DNA of 49,638 nucleotides from contig JBNKUM010000068.1 of the NCBI GenBank assembly GCA_050298595.1, positions 1 to 49,638 on the forward strand. The letters are read 5' to 3'. The notes below the pieces were generated by a model. The model was not told the DNA's origin. It saw only the letters and a list, made by a program, of their open reading frames with translations, and searched no databases. The stretch comes from Gammaproteobacteria bacterium (GTDB lineage Bacteria > Pseudomonadota > Gammaproteobacteria > GCA-001735895). The position numbers and the translations under genes were made by a program. Shown one piece after another: positions 18,240-30,902 of the stretch. Within the stretch, counting starts at the first letter, position 1; each line of letters begins with the position of its first letter.

Positions 18240-18734
18240 ATGAGCTCACTTACTAAACTAACGCATCTGTTAGAAGACAGCCTGTTAATGCTATTACTCG
18301 GTAGTATGATCGTACTTGCCAGTGGTCAAATTATTTTAAGGAATTTCTTTGATTTCGGATTTATCTGGATTGATCCACTGTTACGCCTTTTAGTGCTGTG
18401 GACAGGCCTGATTGGTGCCACAGTTGCCAGTCGTGATAACAAACATATCCGCATAGACTTACTGTCCAGATATCTATCCAAAGATGTCCACCTTTTTATA
18501 CAGTTTTTAGTCGGACTATTTACTTCATTTATCTGCACTATAATCGCCTGGCATGGCGCAAGCTGGGTGCTTCTTGACTACCAGGATAATCTGCTCGGTT
18601 TTCAGGATTTACCCGCCTGGATCATGGAATCCATTATTCCGCTGGCTTTCGGATTAATTGCTTTACGTTATCTCACTCATAGCGTCACCTGGTTCATCAT
18701 GTGTTTCAATTCATTCATCAAGGCTAAACAGTAA
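18240..18734 (+). CDS. dctQ: TRAP small permease DctQ
   Basis: 4 TM segments, QIILRN, HIRIDLL. Confidence 0.9.
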   Translation: MSSLTKLTHLLEDSLLMLLLGSMIVLASGQIILRNFFDFGFIWIDPLLRLLVLWTGLIGATVASRDNKHIRIDLLSRYLSKDVHLFIQFLVGLFTSFICTIIAWHGASWVLLDYQDNLLGFQDLPAWIMESIIPLAFGLIALRYLTHSVTWFIMCFNSFIKAKQ

Positions 18735-20012
18735 ATGTCTGCTCTCGTTACGCCATTTTTATTGTTATTATCGATTTTGCGTACGCCGCTTTTCGTGGTG
18801 ATTTTAGCCGGAGCCATGTACGGTTTCTATTCGGAAGAGATTGATTTATCCGTTATCTCCATAGAAATCTACCGCCTTGCTGAAATGCCAGTTTTACTAT
18901 CTATCCCTCTGTTTACCTTCGCAGGTTATTTGCTGGGTGAAAGCCAGGCATCGCAACGACTGGTTAATCTGACTCGCGCTTTACTGGGCTGGCTACCTGG
19001 CGGATTAGCCATTGTGTCCATCGTAGCCTGTGCTCTATTCACTGCTTTTACAGGAGCATCCGGGGTAACCATCGTTGCACTCGGAGCCCTGTTATATCCA
19101 GCATTAACAAAGGAAGGGTACTCAGAAAAATTCTCTCTAGGTTTGTTAACCAGTTCAGGCAGCCTTGGTCTACTGTTCGCACCAGCCGTACCGTTGATCA
19201 TTTATGGTGTGGTTGCCCAGCAAATGGATCTGGATGATCCAGTAAGTATTGATCAGTTATTTGTCGCGGGCGTATTGCCTGGATTGCTCATGCTGGTATT
19301 ACTCGGTATTTACAGCATGACACAAAAAAAACAACCTCCCTCTGCCGATATTGATGAAATTCCCGATGCATGGGATTCAATCAAAAATTCCAGGTGGGAG
19401 CTCCCCTTACCTGTGCTTATTTTAGGTGGCATCTACAGCGGTTATTTTGCGGTCTCAGAGGCAGCTGCGGTCACAGCTTTGTATGTATTCATCGTCGAAG
19501 TTTTCATTCTCAAAGAGATCAGCCTGCGAGATTTACCCACTGTAGTGCGCGAGTCTATGGTGCTAGTCGGCGGTATTATGATCATTCTGGGTGTATCGCT
19601 GGCTTCTACTAATTATCTGATAGATACCGATGTTCCTGCTCGATTATTCGACTTCATTCGTCAACATATCGAAAATAAACTCACTTTTCTAATTCTACTG
19701 AATGTCTTTTTACTGGTACTAGGCATGATGCTGGATATTTTTTCGGCTCTGGTACTGATTGTTCCTATCATCCTTCCCATCGCAGTAGGCTATGGTATTC
19801 ACCCCATTCACCTCGGCATTATTTTTCTGGCCAATATGCAGCTAGGTTACTTTACACCACCAGTCGGTATGAACCTGTTCATCGCCAGTTATCGGTTTGA
19901 AAAACCGGTCATGACCTTATACAGGGCAACCATTCCATTCTTTTTTATTTTATTACTCGCGGTACTCATCATCACCTATGTGCCCGAACTTAGCCTGATA
20001 CTTATCCAATGA
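18735..20012 (+). CDS. dctM: TRAP large permease DctM
   Basis: LLSIPLFTFAG, FTGASG, GYFTPPVGMNLF. Confidence 0.93.
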   Translation: MSALVTPFLLLLSILRTPLFVVILAGAMYGFYSEEIDLSVISIEIYRLAEMPVLLSIPLFTFAGYLLGESQASQRLVNLTRALLGWLPGGLAIVSIVACALFTAFTGASGVTIVALGALLYPALTKEGYSEKFSLGLLTSSGSLGLLFAPAVPLIIYGVVAQQMDLDDPVSIDQLFVAGVLPGLLMLVLLGIYSMTQKKQPPSADIDEIPDAWDSIKNSRWELPLPVLILGGIYSGYFAVSEAAAVTALYVFIVEVFILKEISLRDLPTVVRESMVLVGGIMIILGVSLASTNYLIDTDVPARLFDFIRQHIENKLTFLILLNVFLLVLGMMLDIFSALVLIVPIILPIAVGYGIHPIHLGIIFLANMQLGYFTPPVGMNLFIASYRFEKPVMTLYRATIPFFFILLLAVLIITYVPELSLILIQ

Positions 20013-20629
20013 CCCTAGAAACCTGGCTCGCTTTTCTGATTGCCTGCATTCTAATCTCTGTTACACCTGGCGCAGGTGCGGTTAACACCATGAGTAATGG
20101 CATCGTTTACGGTGTAAGGCATAGTCTGCCTGCAATACTGGGATTACAGTTAGGCCTGGCTACTCAATTTTTAATAGTGGGCATAGGCCTGGGCGCATTA
20201 TTCGCTTCTTCAGATGAGATCTTCACTTTTATCAAATGGGTAGGTGTGGTCTATCTGCTTTGGCTTGGAATTCAGAAATGGCATCAGGCTCCTTTAAAGA
20301 TCACAGCTGGAAATGAATGTGAATTGAATTACAGTAAACGCTTCTGGCAAGCCTCGCTGGTTAACCTCACCAACCCGAAGGCAACTATTTTCCTGGTAGC
20401 TTTATTACCTCAATTTATCGATTTAAATGCACCCCACTTCCCACAATTCAGCATCATGGCTATTACCATGCTATGTGTCGACGTTATAGTTATGCTATGT
20501 TACGCCACACTCGCGACTACAATTGCACGCTGGATGAAAAGTGAGCTTCACCAACGTAGAGTCAACAAAATATTCGGTGGTATGTTTATGCTAGCAGCGG
20601 GATTGATGGCCAGTTATCAACGAACTTAG
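20009..20629 (+). CDS. rhtB: RhtB/LysE-family homoserine(-lactone) efflux protein
   Basis: TPGAGAVNTMS, KWVGVVYLLWLGIQKW, VNLTNPKA; overlaps dctM stop. Confidence 0.85.
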   Translation: MTLETWLAFLIACILISVTPGAGAVNTMSNGIVYGVRHSLPAILGLQLGLATQFLIVGIGLGALFASSDEIFTFIKWVGVVYLLWLGIQKWHQAPLKITAGNECELNYSKRFWQASLVNLTNPKATIFLVALLPQFIDLNAPHFPQFSIMAITMLCVDVIVMLCYATLATTIARWMKSELHQRRVNKIFGGMFMLAAGLMASYQRT

Positions 20630-20709
20630 ACCCTGTCAGCCCTCTTTTTAGCAATACACTGATAGTTTTTTCTGGCATGATTTAACAAAAAAAATTAACA
20701 CAGGTCATT

Positions 20710-21069
20710 ATGAAAAATCTAATCACTCTTATTGCAATGGTTGCGGTTATGACTGGATGCGCATCTGATACTTCATCATTAAGCAAGTCAGAACAAAAGT
20801 TACAATGGGTTAAGGATGCGAATCCTCAACAGGATGCCCAAAAAGCAATAGCCGCAGGAGACTTACGTATGATGGGACTGGTACAGCGTTCTATACTCAT
20901 CCCTGGAGTAGCACTGGATAAAATTAACCATTACCAGCAAAAGTGCGGCGTGAAGTTGATTGATGGAGTGAGCGATACCGTGCTGAATAACAATCACCTA
21001 AAACTGATGAAGATGGCTCATCAATACGCGCTTCAGTACAACGCGATCATAAAGCTTCATTGTGAATAA
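20710..21069 (+). CDS. Hypothetical lipoprotein
   Basis: Lipobox MTGC after hydrophobic stretch; AGG RBS; followed by terminator. Confidence 0.75.
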   Translation: MKNLITLIAMVAVMTGCASDTSSLSKSEQKLQWVKDANPQQDAQKAIAAGDLRMMGLVQRSILIPGVALDKINHYQQKCGVKLIDGVSDTVLNNNHLKLMKMAHQYALQYNAIIKLHCE

Positions 21070-21090
21070 ACCTTAAGCTTCGCTTTCTCG

Positions 21091-21116
21091 AAGACCAGCC
21101 GTAGCTGATCTTTTTT
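21091..21116 (+). terminator. Intrinsic terminator between convergent genes
   Basis: AAGACCAGC-CGTA-GCTGATCTT hairpin (one mismatch) + T run. Confidence 0.6.
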
Positions 21117-23286
21117 ATGAATATATGCGCCTTCTGAAACCATATAATGTTAATAAGCATAACAGGCCATAGATACTCATGGCTCCACCACCGCTATCGC
21201 TGCTTTCTTCAATAATGTAATTAGTATTAGGGTCTATATCAATTTGCGGCGCTGTCTGTTCCTGATTTTCAGGGACGACTGATTTACAACTTACATTAGC
21301 AGGGATACCAGCATTGATAGTCAAATCACCGCTGGATAAGGCGTAAAAAACATTATTCGCACAGCTAACCTTAAATCGCGCCTTAGGTATGTATTCATTG
21401 GGTAAAATCACGGATGCAGAACCATTATTTGCGGTATTAGTAATCAGGTTCTCTTCACAGTAGGTGGTTTTATTAGCATCAAATTTTAACAGGTCGATAT
21501 TTACGTATTGGCAGTTTATCGGCGATGAATCAGTATCTCCCACATTCCAGGTCACAGCATGTGGGATTGTTGTATCTAAAATAGGGTTGCTTACTGAATC
21601 TGAGATTACCGAAAAACTGCTGGAAGTATCAATGGTGTGAATGACCAGACTATCCTGCGCTTGTCCACCTTTTCCATCCCGAACCGTCAGGGTAAACTTT
21701 AATGCTCTAGTAGTTGTGGGTTCAGTTTCACCTACTATAGATGAAGAACTCAACACACTATCCAGACGAGGAAAGTAACGTTCAGGTTGAGCCTGTGGTA
21801 GATAGCTGCGAAATAATGCGTTATCACCTAAGTCCGTTCCAAAGGTTTCAGGAATAGCGTCATCAGTCACATCGTAAGATGTAGCTGTACCTGCATCCAT
21901 CTCATCCCAGGTATAGGATAAGGTGTCACCATCAGCATCTGTAGCTGTAGCAGTTAACACAAAAGGTGTCTGAGTAGGTATCGTATAATCACTACCAGCA
22001 ATAACAACCGGTTGACTATAATTATTGGTAATGCTTTGCAGACTACCGCACACCTCGCCTCCACCAGAAGTGGTAAATTGATTAATCTGACTCAGTGAAC
22101 CGGCATGAAAGACAGCATCAGAGTTGGATTGCAAATTTTCTGCACCACATAAACCCGCATAAGCCATAATGGATGAACCACTTCCGGGTTCAAAAGCTGT
22201 AGCAGGATTACGGTTAGTACCACTACAGGAATCTGTTGTGCCATTGAAGGTATGATCAGCGCCGAATTGATGCCCCATTTCATGCGCCACATAATCAATA
22301 TAAAATTGGTCTCCAGCTCCTGCGCCCCCAATTAGTCCTGTTGCTCCCTGGGCTTTATACCCTTTGCTGCACACTGAGCCAACGGACGCTATGCCGCCAC
22401 CACCAGTACTAAATACGTGACCAATATCATAATTAGCACTACCAATTCGAGCATCCAGAGTTTTCTGATTTTCATCTAACAGGACTTCCAGGCCAAAAGC
22501 TGGATCAGAATATGGATCGGCATTAGTGCCTACATCAAAAATAATCCGATCATTATTAGCGACCAGCTCAAGCTTAACGCCAAGGTCTCGTTGATAAATT
22601 TCATTAACCCGATTAATAGTTTTCACTATTTCACTCAAAGCCGCTGCTTTGGTTCCTCCAACCTTATCAACATATTCAGCCGTTGCCGCCACTGCTAGCC
22701 GATACAAACGCATACTCCCTGCAACACGTCGAGCTGTCCTGGCAGCTAGAGTCATTGTAGTGACAGGGCTGCCGAAATTATGGCCCACTACTCCACACTT
22801 AAATGGCTCGCCAGGATTTGAAAAGGATTTACTGGAGGCCCGAAACAAACCATCATCAGTCGGATCAAGATAGTGAGTATCAGAAGGTGTAGAAATCATC
22901 GCTGAAAAACCTTTAGTCGTGTAACTCAATCGACCACTGATAAGAGGATTTTCTATACCTGTAACTTTATAGGTTTTTATTTCCGGGTATTTTGCGGCTA
23001 GCTCAGGCGCCATTACCGGCGATTCCGTCAATTGAAACTGTGTTATCTGTCCATTGGCGAGCGGTAATTCAATTCTGCTATCCAGACCTGCCCCACCTTC
23101 CATCGCAGCACGAGATAGAATCTGCTTAAGTGTTTGTGTATTGCTTTTATAATAATGCGCTGACTGGCTTTGAGGCACTGCACTACGATGTGCAGATGAT
23201 ACTTCCTGCCACAGGTTCTCAGAGGCTACAGCACTAGCCTGTAACAGCATCAGAGCTATTCCTGTATACAACTTATTACACTTCAT
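21115..23286 (-). CDS. Reprolysin-like (M12B) zinc metallopeptidase with GlyGly-CTERM anchor
   Basis: Signal peptide, propeptide Cys (FKCG), HEMGHQFGADH zinc motif, SIMAY Met-turn, C-terminal SDSGGGAMS-TM-RRR; ATG 23286 after AGGA. Confidence 0.9.
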   Translation of the reverse strand: MKCNKLYTGIALMLLQASAVASENLWQEVSSAHRSAVPQSQSAHYYKSNTQTLKQILSRAAMEGGAGLDSRIELPLANGQITQFQLTESPVMAPELAAKYPEIKTYKVTGIENPLISGRLSYTTKGFSAMISTPSDTHYLDPTDDGLFRASSKSFSNPGEPFKCGVVGHNFGSPVTTMTLAARTARRVAGSMRLYRLAVAATAEYVDKVGGTKAAALSEIVKTINRVNEIYQRDLGVKLELVANNDRIIFDVGTNADPYSDPAFGLEVLLDENQKTLDARIGSANYDIGHVFSTGGGGIASVGSVCSKGYKAQGATGLIGGAGAGDQFYIDYVAHEMGHQFGADHTFNGTTDSCSGTNRNPATAFEPGSGSSIMAYAGLCGAENLQSNSDAVFHAGSLSQINQFTTSGGGEVCGSLQSITNNYSQPVVIAGSDYTIPTQTPFVLTATATDADGDTLSYTWDEMDAGTATSYDVTDDAIPETFGTDLGDNALFRSYLPQAQPERYFPRLDSVLSSSSIVGETEPTTTRALKFTLTVRDGKGGQAQDSLVIHTIDTSSSFSVISDSVSNPILDTTIPHAVTWNVGDTDSSPINCQYVNIDLLKFDANKTTYCEENLITNTANNGSASVILPNEYIPKARFKVSCANNVFYALSSGDLTINAGIPANVSCKSVVPENQEQTAPQIDIDPNTNYIIEESSDSGGGAMSIYGLLCLLTLYGFRRRIYS

Positions 23287-23356
23287 AATGATTCCTGACA
23301 ATTCATTTTATAGTATAGTCTGTTCGAGCCAGAATTTATTAGCAGCACATAAGTGC

Positions 23357-23386
23357 AAAAAAAAAGCCATACCGAAGTATGGCTTT
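23357..23386 (-). terminator. Intrinsic terminator after purA
   Basis: Minus strand AAAGCCATAC-TTCG-GTATGGCTTT-TTTTTT. Confidence 0.9.
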
Positions 23387-23405
23387 CCCTGCATATTTAA
23401 TAATA

Positions 23406-25930
<2,525 letters not shown>

Positions 25931-25933
25931 GTT

Positions 25934-26125
25934 TTAACCTCTGACAAAATACAAAAAGATAGCGCCCGCAATCATACTTCCAAAGCCAATCATTCGTATG
26001 GTTTTTTCTGGAAAAGATGACATTTGCATCATAGTGTTCTTATAACTACGCGGGTTTATAAAGGGCAATAGACCTTCAATCACCAACACCAGAGCCAAAG
26101 CGGCAAATAAATCATTCCAGTTCAT
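25934..26125 (-). CDS. yjeT: DUF2065 / YjeT small membrane protein
   Basis: ALALVLVIEGLLPF..P; canonical position after hflC. Confidence 0.88.
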   Translation of the reverse strand: MNWNDLFAALALVLVIEGLLPFINPRSYKNTMMQMSSFPEKTIRMIGFGSMIAGAIFLYFVRG

Positions 26126-26140
26126 AAGGTAGTCATAGAA

Positions 26141-26164
26141 ACGGGCGGTTTTAAATCCGCCCGT
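26141..26164 (-). terminator. Stem-loop after hflC (weak terminator or mRNA stabiliser)
   Basis: ACGGGCGG/CCGCCCGT 8-bp stem, poor U tract. Confidence 0.55.
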
Positions 26165-26181
26165 ATTTTAAGGGAAAGCGC

Positions 26182-27054
26182 TTACTGTTTGCCAGTAGCT
26201 TCTTTAAAGTACCTGAAGAAATCAGATTCAGGGTTAAGAACCATCATATCGCTATTACCCGAAAAGCTGTTGCGATAAGCATTCAGGCTTCGATGAAATG
26301 AATAAAACTCTTTATCCTTACCATAGGCATCAGCGTAAATCTTGGCCGCAGAAGCATCACCATCGCCTCGAATCTGTTCTGCTTCACGGTAAGCTTCAGC
26401 AAGAATTTCAGTACGTTGACGATCCGCATTAGCACGTATGCCCTTGGCCTGCTCTTCACCTGCAGAGCGGAAGGACTTGGCTACCGTGTCACGCTCCTTG
26501 ATCATGCGTTGATAAACCGATTCGCTGACATCAGGTGGTAACTCAACCTTTTTAATACGCACATCAACCAATTCAACGCCGAGATCACGGGTTTTAACAC
26601 CCGCGTTTTCATTCACTGCCTGCATAATGGCCGAGCGTTCACCAGATATGACTTCTTTGATGGTCTTGGAACCAAACTGCCCTTTCATTTCATCGTTCAG
26701 GATTGAAATGATACGAGATACAGCTCGTTGCTCATCACCACCCTGGGTAGATGTATAGTAATCGCGAGGGCTGGAGATGCGCCACTTAACATAAGAATCT
26801 ACGATTACATTCTTCTTTTCACTGGTCAGATAGCGTTCAGGAGGCGTATCCAGGGTCAATACACGGCTATCGAATTTACGTATGTTATTAATGAATGGAA
26901 TTTTGAAATAGATACCTGGCTCATTAATCGTAGTGACTATCTCACCCAGTTTAAATTTAATCGCCAGTTCTCTTTCATGAACTATATAAGTCGATAACCA
27001 GACAACAAGGGCAATGAAGGCAGCAACAAACAATCCAAATTTAATATTTCCCAT
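26182..27054 (-). CDS. hflC: FtsH modulator HflC
   Basis: SPFH domain, YLTSEKKNVIVD, VDVRIK, RSLNAY. Confidence 0.97.
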   Translation of the reverse strand: MGNIKFGLFVAAFIALVVWLSTYIVHERELAIKFKLGEIVTTINEPGIYFKIPFINNIRKFDSRVLTLDTPPERYLTSEKKNVIVDSYVKWRISSPRDYYTSTQGGDEQRAVSRIISILNDEMKGQFGSKTIKEVISGERSAIMQAVNENAGVKTRDLGVELVDVRIKKVELPPDVSESVYQRMIKERDTVAKSFRSAGEEQAKGIRANADRQRTEILAEAYREAEQIRGDGDASAAKIYADAYGKDKEFYSFHRSLNAYRNSFSGNSDMMVLNPESDFFRYFKEATGKQ

Positions 27055-28211
27055 TATCTTGTCTCCCGTATACGAGTGCGCGAATTGTTGCGTCTAAACT
27101 CATCCATAGAATTGAGGTTAGCAGCACCACCACTACTCTGACTGGTAGCAGGCAGACGAATGCTTGATGATGAGGAGCCTGAATTTCTTTCAATCATCTT
27201 ATCCAATGGCAAATAGGTCAGGTTGTTCCCGTTTTTAACATCCAGTAAAACCTTGGGATTGCTGGACATAATCTGCTCCATGGTTTCCAGATACAGACGT
27301 TCACGGGTTACATCTGGGGCTTTCTCGTATTCAGTGAGTAGTTTTGTAAAACGCTCTGTTTCACCTTGCGAAGATTTCACGACCTGAGTCCGATAAGCTT
27401 CTGCATCCTCACGCATCGCCTGAGCATCACCCCTGGCCTTTGGTACAATATCGTTTCGATAAGCATTCGCTTCATTGATGATACGTTGTTGATCCTCACG
27501 CGCCTTGATAGCGTCGGCAAATGCATCCTGCACCTCTTCCGGTGGCTGCGCTTCATTCAGGTTTACCTGAAGTACATTCAACCCTGCTTGATAGGAGTCC
27601 AGTATCTCCTGCATGATACGTTTGGTTTGTGATGCAACTTCAGCACGGCCATCGGTAATGATGTAATCCATCTTATTTCGACCAACCACTTCGCGAATTG
27701 CTGTTTCGGCTGCCTGCTTCAGGGTGATATCTGGTTCTCTTACCTCGAAAACATAATCTTGCGCATTTTTAACGTTGTACTGGGCCTCAAGGCTTAGCGC
27801 TACGATATTTTCGTCTTCGGTAAGCATTAGGGAGTTATGGTTAATCTTACGCAAGGCGCCCACATCAACCATTTCTACCGCATCAATGGGCCAGGGAAGG
27901 CGCCAGTGCGGACCAGGCTGCGTGACATTACTACGTGCACCAAAGCGGGTTTCTACGCCTCTCTTACCTTCATCCACGATGTATACACCACTAAGTAGCC
28001 AAACCACTATTACCGCAGAAAGCGCAATTAAAATGATACCAGTATAGTCATCACTACCGCTGCTACGACCACCTGAGCCCCCTCGACCACTGCCGAGGAT
28101 ACCGCCAAGTTTCTTTTTCAGGTTTTTGAAAACTTCGTCAAGATCAGGGGGGGCATCGTTATTACGCTGCCCCCAGGGATCTTTATCTTTACCCGGTTCG
28201 TTCCAGGGCAT
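27054..28211 (-). CDS. hflK: FtsH modulator HflK
   Basis: MPWNEPG..DPW..PPDLDE, MLTEDENIV, APDVTRERLYLE. Confidence 0.98.
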   Translation of the reverse strand: MPWNEPGKDKDPWGQRNNDAPPDLDEVFKNLKKKLGGILGSGRGGSGGRSSGSDDYTGIILIALSAVIVVWLLSGVYIVDEGKRGVETRFGARSNVTQPGPHWRLPWPIDAVEMVDVGALRKINHNSLMLTEDENIVALSLEAQYNVKNAQDYVFEVREPDITLKQAAETAIREVVGRNKMDYIITDGRAEVASQTKRIMQEILDSYQAGLNVLQVNLNEAQPPEEVQDAFADAIKAREDQQRIINEANAYRNDIVPKARGDAQAMREDAEAYRTQVVKSSQGETERFTKLLTEYEKAPDVTRERLYLETMEQIMSSNPKVLLDVKNGNNLTYLPLDKMIERNSGSSSSSIRLPATSQSSGGAANLNSMDEFRRNNSRTRIRETR

Positions 28212-28284
28212 AAGGCTTCTCCAAATTGATTATTGTAGATCGTCTGTACTGACAGTTCACAAAGGCTGTGAATTGTAAGATGGG

Positions 28285-29598
28285 TTATGCTACGACTGCA
28301 AGTCTATCGCTGCAGATATGGAATCTTTCTGCAGGAATTTCAAGCTGTCTACACATTTTTTTGATTTGAACTTCACTGATGTTAACTATTAGCCGAATTG
28401 AGCCATCATCATTATAGGATTCAGAGGCAATTACCTTCTCTTCGTGCAGGCGTGATCGTAAATGACCTTCAGCAGGATTGATAGTGATTTCACAACAGAG
28501 GGTTTGCGGAAGAAAGAAATCAGAAATAACCTCTTTAAACTCTTCAAAACCAGCGCCAGTTTTAGCGGATAACCAGATACGCTCAGGCCTGCCTTCTTCA
28601 TTGCGATCTATTCTCGGCTGATAAGCGGCCAGATCTATCTTGTTGAAGACCTGTAATTGAGGGGTGTTTTCCGCACCTACCTCAATCAACACCTGATTAA
28701 CTGCATCGATTTTCTCCTGACGACTTTCATCTACACAATCTATGACATGCAGAATCAGGTCTGCTTCCTGCGTTTCCTGTAAGGTCGCTCGAAAGGCAGC
28801 CACCAGATCATGCGGCAGATGACGAATAAAACCGACAGTATCTGCCAGAATGACGGATAACTGATCGCTAATCTGAAGCTTGCGCAAAGTGGGGTCCAGA
28901 GTCGCAAACAGTTGGTCCGCTGCATAAGCATCGGCATTGGTTAATGCATTAAACAAGGTCGACTTACCAGCATTGGTATAACCCACCAGAGAGAGAGTTG
29001 GGATTTCGGCCTTAGTTCTGGCCTGGCGGCTCTGTTGACGCTGTTTACTAACTTTTTCAAGCCGAGTATTCAGGTACTTAATACGTTTACCCAACAGGCG
29101 GCGATCCGTTTCCAGCTGGGTTTCGCCTGGACCACGCAATCCAATACCGCCCTTTTGTCTTTCCAGATGGGTCCAACCTCTAACCAGACGTGTTGACAGA
29201 TGTTTCAGCTGTGCCAGCTCAACCTGCAGTTTACCTTCAAAGGAATGTGCTCGCTGGGCAAATATATCCAGGATTAATCCGATGCGATCAAGCACTCTGC
29301 ACTGCAATGCCTTTTCCAGGTTTCTTTCCTGAGAAGGTGATAAAGCATGATTGAATAAAACGACATCGATATCATGCTGACGTACTAAAGACTCGATTTC
29401 TTCGAGCTTACCTTTACCAACAAAGGTTTTAGAAGAAGGGGTTTGTCGACTACCGACAACAATATCAACATCGATTACATCGGCAGAACGCACCAGTTCA
29501 ACAAATTCAGACAGGTCATCCTGATCAGCGCTATCAGGAAAATTTATATGTACAAGTAATGCTGATTCACCGCCTCTTGGTCGCTCAAACTCTAACAA
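28285..29598 (-). CDS. hflX: Ribosome-associated GTPase HflX
   Basis: GPGETQLETDRR, GYTNAGKST, DTVGF, NKID; TTG start after GGGAG. Confidence 0.98.
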   Translation of the reverse strand: MLEFERPRGGESALLVHINFPDSADQDDLSEFVELVRSADVIDVDIVVGSRQTPSSKTFVGKGKLEEIESLVRQHDIDVVLFNHALSPSQERNLEKALQCRVLDRIGLILDIFAQRAHSFEGKLQVELAQLKHLSTRLVRGWTHLERQKGGIGLRGPGETQLETDRRLLGKRIKYLNTRLEKVSKQRQQSRQARTKAEIPTLSLVGYTNAGKSTLFNALTNADAYAADQLFATLDPTLRKLQISDQLSVILADTVGFIRHLPHDLVAAFRATLQETQEADLILHVIDCVDESRQEKIDAVNQVLIEVGAENTPQLQVFNKIDLAAYQPRIDRNEEGRPERIWLSAKTGAGFEEFKEVISDFFLPQTLCCEITINPAEGHLRSRLHEEKVIASESYNDDGSIRLIVNISEVQIKKMCRQLEIPAERFHICSDRLAVVA

Positions 29599-29631
29599 TC
29601 AAAGCTCCCAGAGACGTATAAAATCAACAGC

Positions 29632-29871
29632 TTATTGATTAAACTCTTCATCCGCTTTTTCAATCTGAACGTTCCTTGCTGGAACAATGGTTGACACAGC
29701 ATGCTTGTAAACCATTTGACTGACATTGTTCTTGAGAAGAATGACAAATTGATCAAAAGATTCAATCTGCCCCTGTAGCTTAATTCCATTTACCAGGAAA
29801 ATTGATACAGGTACATGCTCGCGACGTAAAGCATTGAGGAAGGGTTCTTGTAGCATTTGCCCTTTTGACAT
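29632..29871 (-). CDS. hfq: RNA chaperone Hfq (short C-tail)
   Basis: [28 protein letters not shown]. Confidence 0.99.
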   Translation of the reverse strand: MSKGQMLQEPFLNALRREHVPVSIFLVNGIKLQGQIESFDQFVILLKNNVSQMVYKHAVSTIVPARNVQIEKADEEFNQ

Positions 29872-29966
29872 TATAAGGTACTCCTAAATTTTGTGATTGT
29901 ATCAAATATCTGGATTAGTATATCAGAAATATTTAACTTCCATAGAAGCTCATAATTTTCTCTGTT

Positions 29967-30896
29967 TTATCCCGATAAGCCTAAATATTCAAAGATGCTG
30001 CTATATGTATAGTCGTTATAGTCTATTTTCAATGCCTCATTATATTTTCGTAGCCAGGTTAGCTGACGTTTGGCCAGCTGACGGGTAGCGACGATAGACT
30101 TGTCCACCATTTGCTGATAATTGTATTCACCCTGCAGGTACATCCACATCTGCCGATACCCTACGCAGCGCATTGAGGGCATCTGCACATTCAGGTCATC
30201 GCGTTGATACAATTGTCTGACCTCTTCCTCAAATCCCAGTTCCAGCATTTGATGAAATCTTTTCTCAATCCTTTGATGCAAAGGTTTTCTATCATTCACG
30301 TCCAGAATAACCTGCTGAAAGTCTATATCTGGCCTGTCACTTTGACCCTGCAGTAACTGGGTCATAGTTCTACCACTGATCTTAAATACCTCCAGGGCAC
30401 GCAATATTCGCTGAGGATCACCTGGCTTGATGCGCGCCGCCGACTCTGGATCTATTTCTTTAAGCTCCTCATATAGCTGCTCCAGTCCTTCCTGTTGTAA
30501 GCGAAGGCTTAATGCTTCACGTATCGTCTCATCAGCCATAGGTAAATCATTTAGGCCCTGTTGCAGCGCATTAAAATACATCATCGTCCCTCCTACCAGC
30601 AGAGGGATCTTGCCACGTTGGTTGATTTCTTTTATTAAACCTACTGCCTGTTGGACAAAGTCCCAGGCTGACCAGCTTTGTGCTGGATCAAGTATATCAA
30701 TCAGATAATGTGGTGCGCGTTGTAAAGTCAAGGGATCTGGTTTTGCAGTACCGATATTCATATCACGATAGATTAAAGCAGAGTCGACACTGATTATCTC
30801 AACAGGAAAGCGTTCAACCATATGCACGGCCAAATCGGTTTTTCCAGTTGCAGTAGCACCCATTATCAATATGGCTCGGGGTTTCGCAGAAGTCAT
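29967..30896 (-). CDS. miaA: tRNA dimethylallyltransferase
   Basis: GATATGKT, ISVDSALIY..MNIGTAKP, TRQLAKRQLTW. Confidence 0.98.
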   Translation of the reverse strand: MTSAKPRAILIMGATATGKTDLAVHMVERFPVEIISVDSALIYRDMNIGTAKPDPLTLQRAPHYLIDILDPAQSWSAWDFVQQAVGLIKEINQRGKIPLLVGGTMMYFNALQQGLNDLPMADETIREALSLRLQQEGLEQLYEELKEIDPESAARIKPGDPQRILRALEVFKISGRTMTQLLQGQSDRPDIDFQQVILDVNDRKPLHQRIEKRFHQMLELGFEEEVRQLYQRDDLNVQMPSMRCVGYRQMWMYLQGEYNYQQMVDKSIVATRQLAKRQLTWLRKYNEALKIDYNDYTYSSIFEYLGLSG

Positions 30897-30902
30897 CGCT
30901 CC

